Shown here piece after piece: positions 1 to 9,475 of a stretch of 64,000 nucleotides of DNA. The stretch is from NCBI GenBank assembly GCA_035635475.1, contig DASQAZ010000113.1, positions 360 to 64,359 of the forward strand. Direction: 5' to 3'. The DNA comes from Bacteroidota bacterium. Its GTDB lineage: Bacteria > Bacteroidota > Ignavibacteria > UBA10030 > SZUA-254. A model generated the notes under the pieces. That model worked only from the letters and a program-made list of their open reading frames with translations. It was not told the DNA's origin and did no database searches. The position numbers and the translations under genes are program-made. Position 1 is the first letter of the stretch, and each line of letters opens with the position of its first letter.

Positions 1-951
1 GTCACGAATGGCTCCCTCGACGTTTATGCCGGAGAACAGGGCCTCGAGGAGTTGATCGATCGGGACGATATCGACATCGTCATCAGCTCGCTGGTGGGAT
101 TCGCCGGTCTCAAGCCGACTCTCCAGGCGATAAGGCGCGGAAAGACGATTGCGCTGGCAAACAAGGAGACCCTCGTGGTCGCGGGCGAGATCATCACGCG
201 GATGATCAAAGAGCATCATGCAACGTTGATACCAGTCGACAGCGAGCACAGCGCGATCCTTCAGTGTCTCCGCGGCGAGGATCCGGCGAGCATCGCGAAG
301 CTGATCCTCACCGCCTCGGGAGGTCCTTTTCTCGGCCTCCAGAAGTCGGAGTTCTCCCGTGTGACGGTCGAGGCGGCGCTGCGGCATCCGAAATGGAGCA
401 TGGGGAACAAGATTTCGATCGATTCGGCCACGCTGATGAATAAGGGGCTGGAGGTCATCGAAGCCCACTGGCTGTTTCACCTGCCCCCCGACAAGATCGA
501 GGTGCTGATTCATCCACAATCGATCATTCATTCGATGGTGGAATTTGTCGACGGATCCGTAAAGGCGCAGCTCGGGATGCCCGATATGAAGATTCCGATT
601 CAATACGCGCTGACATATCCGGCACGCGCCGCGTCGGTCTATGGGCGTGTAAATTTCAGCGATTTGAAGGAAATGACATTTTTGAAACCAGACTTCACAA
701 AGTTTGAGTGCCTCGGCCTCGCTTACGAGGCGATCAAGAGGGGCGGTACCGCGCCCGCCGTTCTGAATGCCGCGAACGAAATAGCCGTGGATCTTTTTCT
801 GCAGGAGAGGATCGGATTCGACTGCATCCCGGGCCTGATCCGGGAATCGCTGCAGCATGTGCGGATCACGGATACCCCTTCGCTGGACGACATCTTTGAT
901 GCTGACCGATCGGCCCGCGAATTTGCGCTTGGACTGGGCAGAAGGGTGTAG
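1..951 (+). CDS. dxr: 1-deoxy-D-xylulose-5-phosphate reductoisomerase (5' end outside window)
   Basis: Frame 1 is open from nt 1 (VTNGSLDVYAGEQGLEELIDRDDIDIV...). The listed ORF 52..951 is its downstream part. Dxr hallmarks are present: GKTIALANKETLV, PVDSEHSAI, ASGGPF, HPKWSMG, IDSATLMNKGLEVIEAHWLF. Confidence 0.93.
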   Translation, partial: VTNGSLDVYAGEQGLEELIDRDDIDIVISSLVGFAGLKPTLQAIRRGKTIALANKETLVVAGEIITRMIKEHHATLIPVDSEHSAILQCLRGEDPASIAKLILTASGGPFLGLQKSEFSRVTVEAALRHPKWSMGNKISIDSATLMNKGLEVIEAHWLFHLPPDKIEVLIHPQSIIHSMVEFVDGSVKAQLGMPDMKIPIQYALTYPARAASVYGRVNFSDLKEMTFLKPDFTKFECLGLAYEAIKRGGTAPAVLNAANEIAVDLFLQERIGFDCIPGLIRESLQHVRITDTPSLDDIFDADRSAREFALGLGRRV

Positions 952-960
952 GGGGACTCC

Positions 961-2274
961 ATGCAAGTGCTGAACATGATCATGTACACGGCCATCACGC
1001 TCGGCGTGCTGATCTTCATTCATGAACTCGGTCATTTTCTCGCCGCCAAGCTGACCGGCATGAGGGTCGACCGATTCTCCATCGGATTCCCTCCCCGCGC
1101 ATTCGGCATTAAAATCGGAGAAACGGATTACTGCATCTCCTGGATCCCCATCGGCGGCTACGTGAAGATCGCCGGCATGATTGACGAAAGCTTCGACACG
1201 GATTTCCTGCGGCATCCCCCACAACCGTGGGAATTCCGCGCCAAACCGCTCGGCGCGAAGATGCTTGTCATTTGCGCAGGGGTGGTCATGAACGTGTTCC
1301 TGGCCATTGCCATCTTCTGGGGGATCAGTTATGTCAATGGAAAGGTCACCAAGGAAACGACCGAGATCGGATATGTTGCCGAGGGGAGCCCAGCGTCACA
1401 ATCAGGTTTCCTGCCCGGCGATAAGATTTTTTCCATCAACGGCAAGCCGGTAACGAACTGGGAGGAGGTCGAGAACCTCCTCTATATTGAAAATCTCGGC
1501 AACGACATCCGTTTCGACATTGAGCGGAACGGCCATCGCCAGTCGCTCGTCGCCCCAAGAAGGAGTCCGAGCGAATCGTCCGAAAAGCCTTTCGGAATGG
1601 TAGAGGCGCATCTGGGCGCGGAGGTTAAGGCGGTCGAGCCCTCGCTCCCAGCCCAAAAACTGGGCCTGAGACCGGGCGACATTCTCGTTACCCTCGACTC
1701 CCTGCCGGTGGGCTACCCGCAGGTATCGAGCATGATCCGCGAGCGCGCCGGCCGGACAGTCACTATAAGATGGAGACGCGGCGGAGAGGTTCTCTCGGGA
1801 ACAACGACCATCCCTACCGAGGGCCGGATCGGGATCGTCATCGAGCCGGTCTATGAAGGCCCGACGAAGCGCATACACTACTCTTTTTTTGGGGCCTTGC
1901 CCGAGGGGATTGCCAAGACCGGGCAGTCTGTCTACCTCTTCTACCTCACAATAAGCAAGATCATAGCCGGGAAAGCGTCCATACGGGACTCGTTCGGGGG
2001 CCCCATTGCGATCGCCCAGCTTGCCACACGCAGCGCCGAATATGGAGTCGTCCAATTTCTTGAATTCATGGCAGTCCTCAGCATGAGCCTGGCGATCTTG
2101 AACATCCTTCCGATTCCTGCCCTGGACGGAGGACACCTGGCAATGATGCTGTACGAGAAGGCGTTCAACAGAGAAATTCCCCACCGGGTCAAACTTGTGA
2201 TCCAGCAGGCGGGCTTCATTCTCCTGCTCCTCTTCATGGCATTCGTCATTTACAACGATCTCTCCCGATTCTGA
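961..2274 (+). CDS. rseP: RIP site-2 metalloprotease RseP (M50 family) with PDZ domain
   Basis: HELGHF (HExxH) lies in the first TM helix, with central PDZ-like segments and a C-terminal NILPIPALDGGH motif. It directly follows dxr, as in many bacteria. The true start may be the internal Met at 976 or 982. Confidence 0.9.
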   Translation: MQVLNMIMYTAITLGVLIFIHELGHFLAAKLTGMRVDRFSIGFPPRAFGIKIGETDYCISWIPIGGYVKIAGMIDESFDTDFLRHPPQPWEFRAKPLGAKMLVICAGVVMNVFLAIAIFWGISYVNGKVTKETTEIGYVAEGSPASQSGFLPGDKIFSINGKPVTNWEEVENLLYIENLGNDIRFDIERNGHRQSLVAPRRSPSESSEKPFGMVEAHLGAEVKAVEPSLPAQKLGLRPGDILVTLDSLPVGYPQVSSMIRERAGRTVTIRWRRGGEVLSGTTTIPTEGRIGIVIEPVYEGPTKRIHYSFFGALPEGIAKTGQSVYLFYLTISKIIAGKASIRDSFGGPIAIAQLATRSAEYGVVQFLEFMAVLSMSLAILNILPIPALDGGHLAMMLYEKAFNREIPHRVKLVIQQAGFILLLLFMAFVIYNDLSRF

Positions 2275-2391
2275 TCACGTCGCGTGATCGAAAACACACC
2301 CCCCGTTGAATTTGGCGGTAAATTGCAGGTATATTATAGAGTAGATTGCTATAATTGACTGTATTCGGTATACTTTGCATCGGCAAAGGGA

Positions 2392-3489
2392 ATGGAGTTC
2401 GAATTTATGATCAGTTTTCGTCGTGATATCCCGGCTTCATTGATTGGCATGGCCCTGATCTTGTTCCCGGCCAAAGCGTCGGGCCAGCCGTGCTCACTAT
2501 CCATGCAGGTAAGCCATACGGCTGCAGAACAGCTATCGCTCGCCGACCTTGATTTTCCCAATTTTCACTCGACAAACCTGCTGTTCACGGTTACCTTTAC
2601 CAATAGAGGAGTAGTCGCTGCAAACGCATCGCTTCATCTGATCATGGACATAACGCTCGCCCAGGGATCGATCAATTTTCCCGGCGCCCTCGATCTTACG
2701 ACGAAGGCGTTTCCAGTTCCTCCGGGAGGCAGGACGATCACGAATTTGAACCTCGGTCCCGGCGGCGATATTCAGACGCAGACGTACAGCTTCAGCCGGG
2801 AAGCGAAAACCAAGATAGAGGACATCGCCCTTTTGACCGGCCACATGCCCGCCGGCTCGTACAATTTTCATATCGAACTGAAGGAACTGGGTTGCGCGAC
2901 GACAGTCAACGATCAAATCGAGCTTCTCCTGCAAAATCCTACACGGGTCGAGCTCAGGTCGCCTCGCGACGGTGAGACGACGAACACGTTCCCGCTCTTT
3001 GAATTCTTCCAGGACGGTTACAGAGCGGTGCTGACGGTCGCAGAGAAAAGCCCGGAACAAACGAGGGAAGATGCAATTTCGCGCAAGCCGCCCATGCTGG
3101 AGGTCGATCTCTCCGGCCGGAACTCGTTCCTGTACTCCGGAGGCAGGCCCCTGGAAGACGGGAAGACGTACGTCTGGACCGTCGTCAGCAAGGTCCGCAC
3201 GGCGGGTGGATTAGACATCGATGTTGCGAGCCCGATCGGGTTGTTTAGCGTTTCGGGATCGCTGCAGGGATCGGGCTCGTTGGGGGCGGTTGACGATGCG
3301 CTGCTCACTCAGCTTGAGGAGATTCTCGGCAGCAAGCATCACGCTGTCTTCCAACAGATCCGGTCGGGAGGATACCGTCTCACCTCGAATATGTCGTTGA
3401 ATGACTCGAAGCTGAGCGCGAGCCAGCTCCTGGATCTGCTGATCCAGTTGAGGGATCTGAGCGATTCAATCGAGTTGAGCTTTGAATGA
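2392..3489 (+). CDS. hypothetical secreted protein (signal peptide)
   Basis: 365-aa ORF with an N-terminal signal-like segment (LIGMALILFPAKASGQ). No family recognised. Its stop overlaps the next start (ATGA at 3486-3489). The start could be 2407. Confidence 0.5.
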   Translation: MEFEFMISFRRDIPASLIGMALILFPAKASGQPCSLSMQVSHTAAEQLSLADLDFPNFHSTNLLFTVTFTNRGVVAANASLHLIMDITLAQGSINFPGALDLTTKAFPVPPGGRTITNLNLGPGGDIQTQTYSFSREAKTKIEDIALLTGHMPAGSYNFHIELKELGCATTVNDQIELLLQNPTRVELRSPRDGETTNTFPLFEFFQDGYRAVLTVAEKSPEQTREDAISRKPPMLEVDLSGRNSFLYSGGRPLEDGKTYVWTVVSKVRTAGGLDIDVASPIGLFSVSGSLQGSGSLGAVDDALLTQLEEILGSKHHAVFQQIRSGGYRLTSNMSLNDSKLSASQLLDLLIQLRDLSDSIELSFE

Positions 3490-4220
3490 CGGAGGATGTG
3501 AAGATGATCAGGACAAAAACCCGAACTCGGTACATATTGAAAATCGCAGGCGTGTCGACGGCTCTGTTGCTCGCCGCCGCTGCTGCCGGCTTTACTCCAG
3601 GCAGGGGCCCTCTCGCGATGATCCTGAAGGTCATCCCGGAGGTCACAAAGCAATCCCATTCGGCAACCGATTGGGCGATAGCGTCCAAAGGCGACCCGCT
3701 CACGACCGGCGACAAGGTTCGAACGGACAAGAATTCGCTGGCCCTTATCAAATTCATGGACCGGAGCATCGTCCGGCTGAGAGAGCAATCGGTGCTGACC
3801 GTCGACACGTCAACGGTTGAGGGCAAATTCACAAAATTCATAAAACTGTGGAAGGGCGGCTTCGGTTTTGAATTCCGAAAACAGAAGGATGAACAGTTCC
3901 GCCTGACTTCCCCGACGGCCGTCGCGTCAATCCGCGGAACGCGAGGGATGTTAAGCGGGGGTGATGGATCCGATACGCTGATTGTCACCGAGGGAACGGT
4001 CAGGTTCGGAAACAACGTCTCGAACAGGGAAGTCGACGTCGCCGCCGGAAACATCGGGATCTCGAGTCAGGACGGCACGATCTCTTCGCGGCGTGCTACG
4101 ACAAAAGAGCTCGCCGAAGCAGACCGGCTGGCTACGGGCGGGACGCTGAACGAACTCAAGCTGGAGCTTCGTGATAAGCAGGGCAACAAGAAAGAGCTGA
4201 AGCTCAAGTACAAGCAGTAA
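3486..4220 (+). CDS. FecR-domain protein
   Basis: Signal/TM segment (VSTALLLAAAAAG), then the FecR-like pattern GDPLTTGDKVRTDKNSLALIKFMDRSIVRLREQSVLTV ... TAVASIRGTRG. The C-terminal tail is Lys-rich. Confidence 0.62.
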   Translation: MTEDVKMIRTKTRTRYILKIAGVSTALLLAAAAAGFTPGRGPLAMILKVIPEVTKQSHSATDWAIASKGDPLTTGDKVRTDKNSLALIKFMDRSIVRLREQSVLTVDTSTVEGKFTKFIKLWKGGFGFEFRKQKDEQFRLTSPTAVASIRGTRGMLSGGDGSDTLIVTEGTVRFGNNVSNREVDVAAGNIGISSQDGTISSRRATTKELAEADRLATGGTLNELKLELRDKQGNKKELKLKYKQ

Positions 4221-4278
4221 CAAGGGTGTCCGCTCCCCTGCGAATTTAAGAGCATTCAATCGTGACGAGGGTCCACGA

Positions 4279-6729
4279 GTGATTCGTTCTCGACGTTTTT
4301 GCATCAACGTTATACTCATTTCAGCCGCACTCCTTGGACGGGCCGCAATCGTTCACGGCCAGGTCTCCGGAAGGGTCAGCAAGATCGACATCGGGACCTT
4401 CACACCGGGCAACCCCCTCACCATCCAGGTCGAATTCTCCAACACGGCCGATCTCGACAGGGTAGAGATCGCCTTCCGCCAGTTCGGGCAGCACGACTAT
4501 AAGCGGGCAGAGATGGCTCTCGAGGGTCACACCGCGACCGCCTCAATCCCGGCGACAGAGCTCGTTCCGCCGTTCATCGAATATTATATCATCCTCTATC
4601 TTCGGAACGCCCCCACAGCCGAAACTTACCCTCTCGAAAATGCCCAGGAACATCCCTTGCGGGTGGATCTCCAGGGAACAGAATCGGGCGAGAACGCCCA
4701 GATTACTATTTTAAGCCCCGAGCCGAACGAGCGTCTCCGGAGGGAAGACGTCCTGATCTCGTTCGTCGTTTCCCCGGCCGATTCAACGCTCGACCCGAAG
4801 GCGACGAGAGTGTACCTTGACGGGCTGGATGTCTCGGGGAAAACCATCGTCACGGACCTGCTGTATGTGCTCAGGCCGGAGAATCTGTCTATTCCGCTCG
4901 GGGCCGGGAATCATGTCGCACGCGTGGAGCTCGTCGACAGGCAGGGGAAAACCGTTACCGACCGGGTCTGGAACTTCGGCGTTTTAGAAGCGGGGAATTA
5001 TGTCGAGGCCCCCTCACCCTGGCAGTACCATTACGGCGCCGTGCTTGAAACCCGGAATGAAAATATTGCCGGCGACGTCACGCCGTACAACCGCGCGACG
5101 CTGAATGCGAACGGCACATACCAGGAATTTCGCTTCGACGGGAAGCTCTATGCCACGAACGAAGAATCCGACCGGCGCCAGCCCCAGAATCGATTCTACC
5201 TCGGCGCCCAATCACCCTGGGCCCGGATCGGATACGGCGACAGCTACCCGTCGACGTTTCCCGAGTTGATCATGAGCGGAAAGCGCGTGCGCGGTCTCAA
5301 TGGAAGTCTCATGCTCGGCGCATTCAACCTGGATGTGGCGCACGGCGATATTCTGCGGCGGATCGAGAGCGACACGGTTAAGACATTTCCCGGCGACAGT
5401 CTTACCGCAGAGCAGGGAAGGGATTCGACCGGGCACTACGTGCTGTACGATCCCGGCACAGATCGTTGGGCGCAATTGAGAAGCGGAACGTTCAACCGCG
5501 AAATCACGATCGTCCATCCGAGCTTCGGCAGGGAGAACGCGCACATCGGCTTCACGTACCTGAAGTCGGCCGACGACGTGAACTCGATCCGGTACGGAAC
5601 GAGGCCGGAAGAGAACCTGGTCATCGGGAGCGATTTGACGCTCGCATTCGACCGGCACAACGTCGAAATCAACGGCCAGGCGGCGATCAGCGCGACGAAC
5701 CGCGACATCAGTCATGGGACATTCACCGATGCGGATATCGATTCGACATTTAAACCCCCCACGTACAGCGACGACGACCGGACCAACTTTCGACAGATAA
5801 GGGATCTTGTCTCCCGATTCATCACCGTCAACTCAAATCTCGTGCCGCTGTCGCTGAAAAAGCTTCAAACGCTCGCCTACGAAGGAGGATTGAATCTGAA
5901 CTACTTCGATAACTCCATCCGGTTCAGTTATATCCGTCACGGAGAGAGTTTCGAATCGTTCGGTCAGCCGTTTCTCCGCACGGATGTTGTGGGTTATAAC
6001 ATTTCCGACCGCGTGCGGCTGATGGAGAACAGAGTTTTTCTCTCGGGGGGATTCGAACGGCTCCAGGACAATACCGCGAACACAAAGGCCGCGACGACGA
6101 CGGGCACGACCGCCAATATCGGAGTGTCCTGTTTTCCACGGACCGACTTTCCCAATGTCACGGTGGCCTACCTTTTTGCCTCAAACGTGAACGACCGGAA
6201 CCTCTCGGACACGCTCTATGCCGTCGATGATCAGACGAACCGCGTTCTCATTCAACTCGGGAAGGAATTCACGTTCGGTGCGCGCCACAGCGCCAACCTG
6301 GGCATCGGCACATCGGTGAGGAATGACAATACGGTGAAACATCTCGATACGCGCAATACCACCGTCTCCCTCAGCACGAGCTCGACGTTCGAGATTCCAC
6401 TCCAGACTTCGCTGAGCATCACGGTCAATTCGAGCAAGTTTGTCACAGGGCTTGGGTCGTCGGGCGGAGAGATGACGCTCGGCTATACGACGCTCTACGG
6501 CAGCGCGCAGTACCGCCTCGCCGGTGACCGGCTCCAATTGACCGGATCGTTGAGCCCCACGTTCGGGGACATCGAACGGGTGCTCGTGAACGCCGGCGCC
6601 CAATACCGTATCATGCCGAATCTGAGCGCACAGGGGCAGATGTTTCTATTCTTCAATACGAAGCTGTTCGGAAGCTCCAATCCCACGAACGACGCAGTCT
6701 GGAGCCTGATTCTCCGCCTCGAGGTTTGA
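4279..6729 (+). CDS. large secreted/outer-membrane protein, function unknown
   Basis: 816-aa ORF with a GTG start and signal peptide (ILISAALLGRAAIVHGQ). The C-terminal half has alternating beta-strand-like segments rich in Y/G/S/T/N, suggesting a beta-barrel. No family recognised. Confidence 0.5.
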   Translation: MIRSRRFCINVILISAALLGRAAIVHGQVSGRVSKIDIGTFTPGNPLTIQVEFSNTADLDRVEIAFRQFGQHDYKRAEMALEGHTATASIPATELVPPFIEYYIILYLRNAPTAETYPLENAQEHPLRVDLQGTESGENAQITILSPEPNERLRREDVLISFVVSPADSTLDPKATRVYLDGLDVSGKTIVTDLLYVLRPENLSIPLGAGNHVARVELVDRQGKTVTDRVWNFGVLEAGNYVEAPSPWQYHYGAVLETRNENIAGDVTPYNRATLNANGTYQEFRFDGKLYATNEESDRRQPQNRFYLGAQSPWARIGYGDSYPSTFPELIMSGKRVRGLNGSLMLGAFNLDVAHGDILRRIESDTVKTFPGDSLTAEQGRDSTGHYVLYDPGTDRWAQLRSGTFNREITIVHPSFGRENAHIGFTYLKSADDVNSIRYGTRPEENLVIGSDLTLAFDRHNVEINGQAAISATNRDISHGTFTDADIDSTFKPPTYSDDDRTNFRQIRDLVSRFITVNSNLVPLSLKKLQTLAYEGGLNLNYFDNSIRFSYIRHGESFESFGQPFLRTDVVGYNISDRVRLMENRVFLSGGFERLQDNTANTKAATTTGTTANIGVSCFPRTDFPNVTVAYLFASNVNDRNLSDTLYAVDDQTNRVLIQLGKEFTFGARHSANLGIGTSVRNDNTVKHLDTRNTTVSLSTSSTFEIPLQTSLSITVNSSKFVTGLGSSGGEMTLGYTTLYGSAQYRLAGDRLQLTGSLSPTFGDIERVLVNAGAQYRIMPNLSAQGQMFLFFNTKLFGSSNPTNDAVWSLILRLEV

Positions 6730-6732
6730 TCC

Positions 6733-8913
6733 ATGCCGTCTCCGATCTCGAAATCTACGCGCACGATTCTCGACTATCTCGGCTTCAGCATTGCTGTCAG
6801 CGTGTTCGTCTTGTTTTTGACCCAGAATGTTCTCTTCCAGCGCGCCGAATCCTCCCTCGTCGATCAGCGTTTCCAGGCCCGGGGCCCGAGATCAGAAACC
6901 GCCGATTCGTCGGATATCGTCATCGTGGAGATCTCCCAGGCGTCGTTCAATTCGCTGCCGGAAAAGTGGCCCTGGCCGCGCTCGTACTATACTCACCTGA
7001 TTCGAAATTTGGAGCGCGCAGGCGCAAAAACGATCGGCCTCGACGTCATCTTCAGCACGCCGGATGTCCGTGACCCGGCGGCTGACGCCGAGTTCAAGCA
7101 GACGGTGCGCGATAACCCCAACGTCGTCCTGGCGGGGAAAATTGAAACTGAGAACCGGGGCTACACAATCCGCTCCCTCGGCGAAAACTACGGCAACATC
7201 TTTGTGGATTCAACCGTCCGGTTCGGCGTCGTCAATATCCGAACCGATGCCGACGGAGTACTGCGGAGATACATGCCTTTTACGACCGACCCCGCCGGCC
7301 GGATTCCGACGTTCTCGTTCGCGGTGCTGAATTCCTTTTTCGAGAAACCAGGTTCGCTCACGGCGCTCTACGGCGACGGATTCTTTCACTTCGCGGGTCG
7401 AACGATCCCCTGCTACGACGAAACATCCTTCCTGATTAACTACTGCGGTCCGTCGGGGACATTCCGGCGCATCCGGTTCGAAGATGTCATCGACGACAAG
7501 GATTTTCTGACCGTGGATGAAAAGAAGTATGGCCTGGAGACCAATACGTTCGACGATTCCGATTACGGATATCTGAACGACGGCACATTCAATGGTAAGA
7601 TCGTCCTTGTCGGATCTACGGTGCCGGAGGATAAGGACCTGTTTCCGGTGGCGATCGGGCAGGGCAGGCAGGAGGGGGACAATCAGATGTACGGGGCGGA
7701 AATCCATGCGAACGTCATCCAGAACATATTTCACGGAGACTTTATCATCCGCGAGTGGATCTGGATGAATGCCGCCATCGTCTTCGGCCTGAGCCTGTTC
7801 ACGTTTGTCTATACTGCCGGCCTTAAGTCGATCAAGACAAAATTCAGCTCGCTCATCGAAATTCTCGGTTTCGTCATCGTTTTATCAGAATGCTTCATCA
7901 TCTGGACCCTTTCGATGCAGTTGTTCGTCCGACACAATTTTCTCGTCGAGGAGATGAGCCCCTTCCTGGCGGTCGGATTCAGCTACGTGGCAAGCACCGT
8001 TTATCATTACCTCAACGAGCGAAAACAGAAGGTTCTGATCAGGGGGCTGTTCAGCCGGTACGTCAGCCCGACCGTCGTGGACGAGATTGTGAACAACCCG
8101 CAAAAGCTCCGGCTCGGAGGGGAGCGGAAAGAACTGACGGTTTTCTTCAGCGATATCGAAAGCTTCACGAGAATCTCGGAGAAGTTGGAGCCGGAGAATC
8201 TTGTCGCCATTCTGAATGAATACCTGAGCATGATGACCGAAGTCATCTTCGAGAACCAGGGGACCCTGAACAAGTATGAAGGCGACGCAATCGTCGCCTT
8301 CTGGGGGGCGCCCATCCCGCAGCTCGACCATGCTCTTCGTGCATGCCGCACGGCGGTCGCGATGCAGGAGAAGCTTGCTGCGGTGCGTCCGCGGTGGGAG
8401 GCGGAGGGAAAACCTTCCCTCAGAGTGCGCATCGGGATCAGCACCGGTGAGATGATTGTCGGGAACATGGGCGGGGTCGGGCACTACGATTACACCGTCA
8501 TCGGAGACAGCGTCAACATCGGCGCGAGGCTTGAAGGGGCCAACAAGCAATACCGTTCGAAGATCATCGTCAGCGACAGTACCTACGCGCAAGTCGCGGG
8601 ATATGTTATCGCGCGCGAACTCGACGTCCTGATCGTCGCGGGAAGGACGGAACCGATCCGCGTGTACGAGCTGATAGGGCTGGCGAATGGGGCCGTGGCC
8701 AGAGACCGGGTGGACCTCGTTGACTGTTTCACGAAGGGCTTGGAACTCTACCGGAGGCGCCGGTGGCTGCCCGCCATCGAGCAGTTTGAAACGACGCTGC
8801 GCCATTTCCCCCATGATTACCCGTCTCAGCTCTACATCGAGCGGTCGAAGGCTTATCTCGTATCGCCGCCCCCGGATGACTGGGACGGGGCGTTCGCTCT
8901 GAGGGAGAAATAG
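6733..8913 (+). CDS. CHASE2 sensor domain-containing class III adenylate/guanylate cyclase
   Basis: N-terminal CHASE2 pattern (IVIVEISQASFNSLPEKWPWPRSYYTHLI...GLDVIFSTPD), three TM helices after residue ~360, then cyclase motifs FFSDIESFT, GDAIVAFWGAP, RIGISTGEMIVGNMG, YTVIGDSVNIGARLE. Confidence 0.88.
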   Translation: MPSPISKSTRTILDYLGFSIAVSVFVLFLTQNVLFQRAESSLVDQRFQARGPRSETADSSDIVIVEISQASFNSLPEKWPWPRSYYTHLIRNLERAGAKTIGLDVIFSTPDVRDPAADAEFKQTVRDNPNVVLAGKIETENRGYTIRSLGENYGNIFVDSTVRFGVVNIRTDADGVLRRYMPFTTDPAGRIPTFSFAVLNSFFEKPGSLTALYGDGFFHFAGRTIPCYDETSFLINYCGPSGTFRRIRFEDVIDDKDFLTVDEKKYGLETNTFDDSDYGYLNDGTFNGKIVLVGSTVPEDKDLFPVAIGQGRQEGDNQMYGAEIHANVIQNIFHGDFIIREWIWMNAAIVFGLSLFTFVYTAGLKSIKTKFSSLIEILGFVIVLSECFIIWTLSMQLFVRHNFLVEEMSPFLAVGFSYVASTVYHYLNERKQKVLIRGLFSRYVSPTVVDEIVNNPQKLRLGGERKELTVFFSDIESFTRISEKLEPENLVAILNEYLSMMTEVIFENQGTLNKYEGDAIVAFWGAPIPQLDHALRACRTAVAMQEKLAAVRPRWEAEGKPSLRVRIGISTGEMIVGNMGGVGHYDYTVIGDSVNIGARLEGANKQYRSKIIVSDSTYAQVAGYVIARELDVLIVAGRTEPIRVYELIGLANGAVARDRVDLVDCFTKGLELYRRRRWLPAIEQFETTLRHFPHDYPSQLYIERSKAYLVSPPPDDWDGAFALREK

Positions 8914-8926
8914 CCCCGGAGGGGGA

Positions 8927-9475
8927 TTAAAAGGAAAGTGAAGAGAGCAGCGTCTGCTGCGCGGTGAACATTCTGGTGATCTCGCCTGCCGATCCCGGAC
9001 TCTTCACCGGCACTGCATCGCACTCGTAGTACCTTCCCCGGGCTGTAAAGACGACGATGCGCATGAACCTCCCCCCGGTTGAGACTTCATAGCTGCAAAA
9101 CCTGGTTCCCTTCATCTCAAACGATTTGGGTGATGCCGAGACTTCAGCGCCTTCCGAACGGTGAAGGCCCGCGCTGATGTGAGCCAGCAGCTCGAGCCCC
9201 TCCTTCTCGACACGGGATGTGGAGAGGCGGTCGAGCGTCAGCTCCTTAATCCCGATTGAGGCGGAAAGGTCATCTTTGACCAGCCAGGCCACCACGGCGG
9301 GGATCAGCGTGTCCTCCGTCGAGGAAAACCAGCCCCTGGGAATTCTTCCTCTGAAGACACCGTCGCGTGAGCGGAACATTTGTTCCGTGAGGGGGTAATC
9401 GATCCCATAGGGAAGCGATGCGGCGCAGGATATGCATAACAGCGCGGCGAGAAGCGAAACAACGTATTGCTTCAC
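8927..9475 (-). CDS. hypothetical lipoprotein
   Basis: Lipobox-like N-terminus (LLAALLCISCAAS). Its start overlaps the upstream gene's stop by 4 nt. No family recognised. Confidence 0.5.
   Translation of the reverse strand: MKQYVVSLLAALLCISCAASLPYGIDYPLTEQMFRSRDGVFRGRIPRGWFSSTEDTLIPAVVAWLVKDDLSASIGIKELTLDRLSTSRVEKEGLELLAHISAGLHRSEGAEVSASPKSFEMKGTRFCSYEVSTGGRFMRIVVFTARGRYYECDAVPVKSPGSAGEITRMFTAQQTLLSSLSF

Noticed and set aside
2273-2289. GATCACG-tcg-CGTGATC hairpin overlapping the rseP stop codon
   Set aside because: It has a 7-bp stem and 3-nt loop with no T-tract, so it is too weak to call a terminator.
7885-8814. 309-aa minus-strand ORF antisense to the CHASE2 cyclase gene
   Set aside because: The plus-strand frame carries unmistakable cyclase motifs. 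The antisense product is Arg/Pro/Asp-rich low-complexity sequence typical of spurious ORFs in high-GC DNA.
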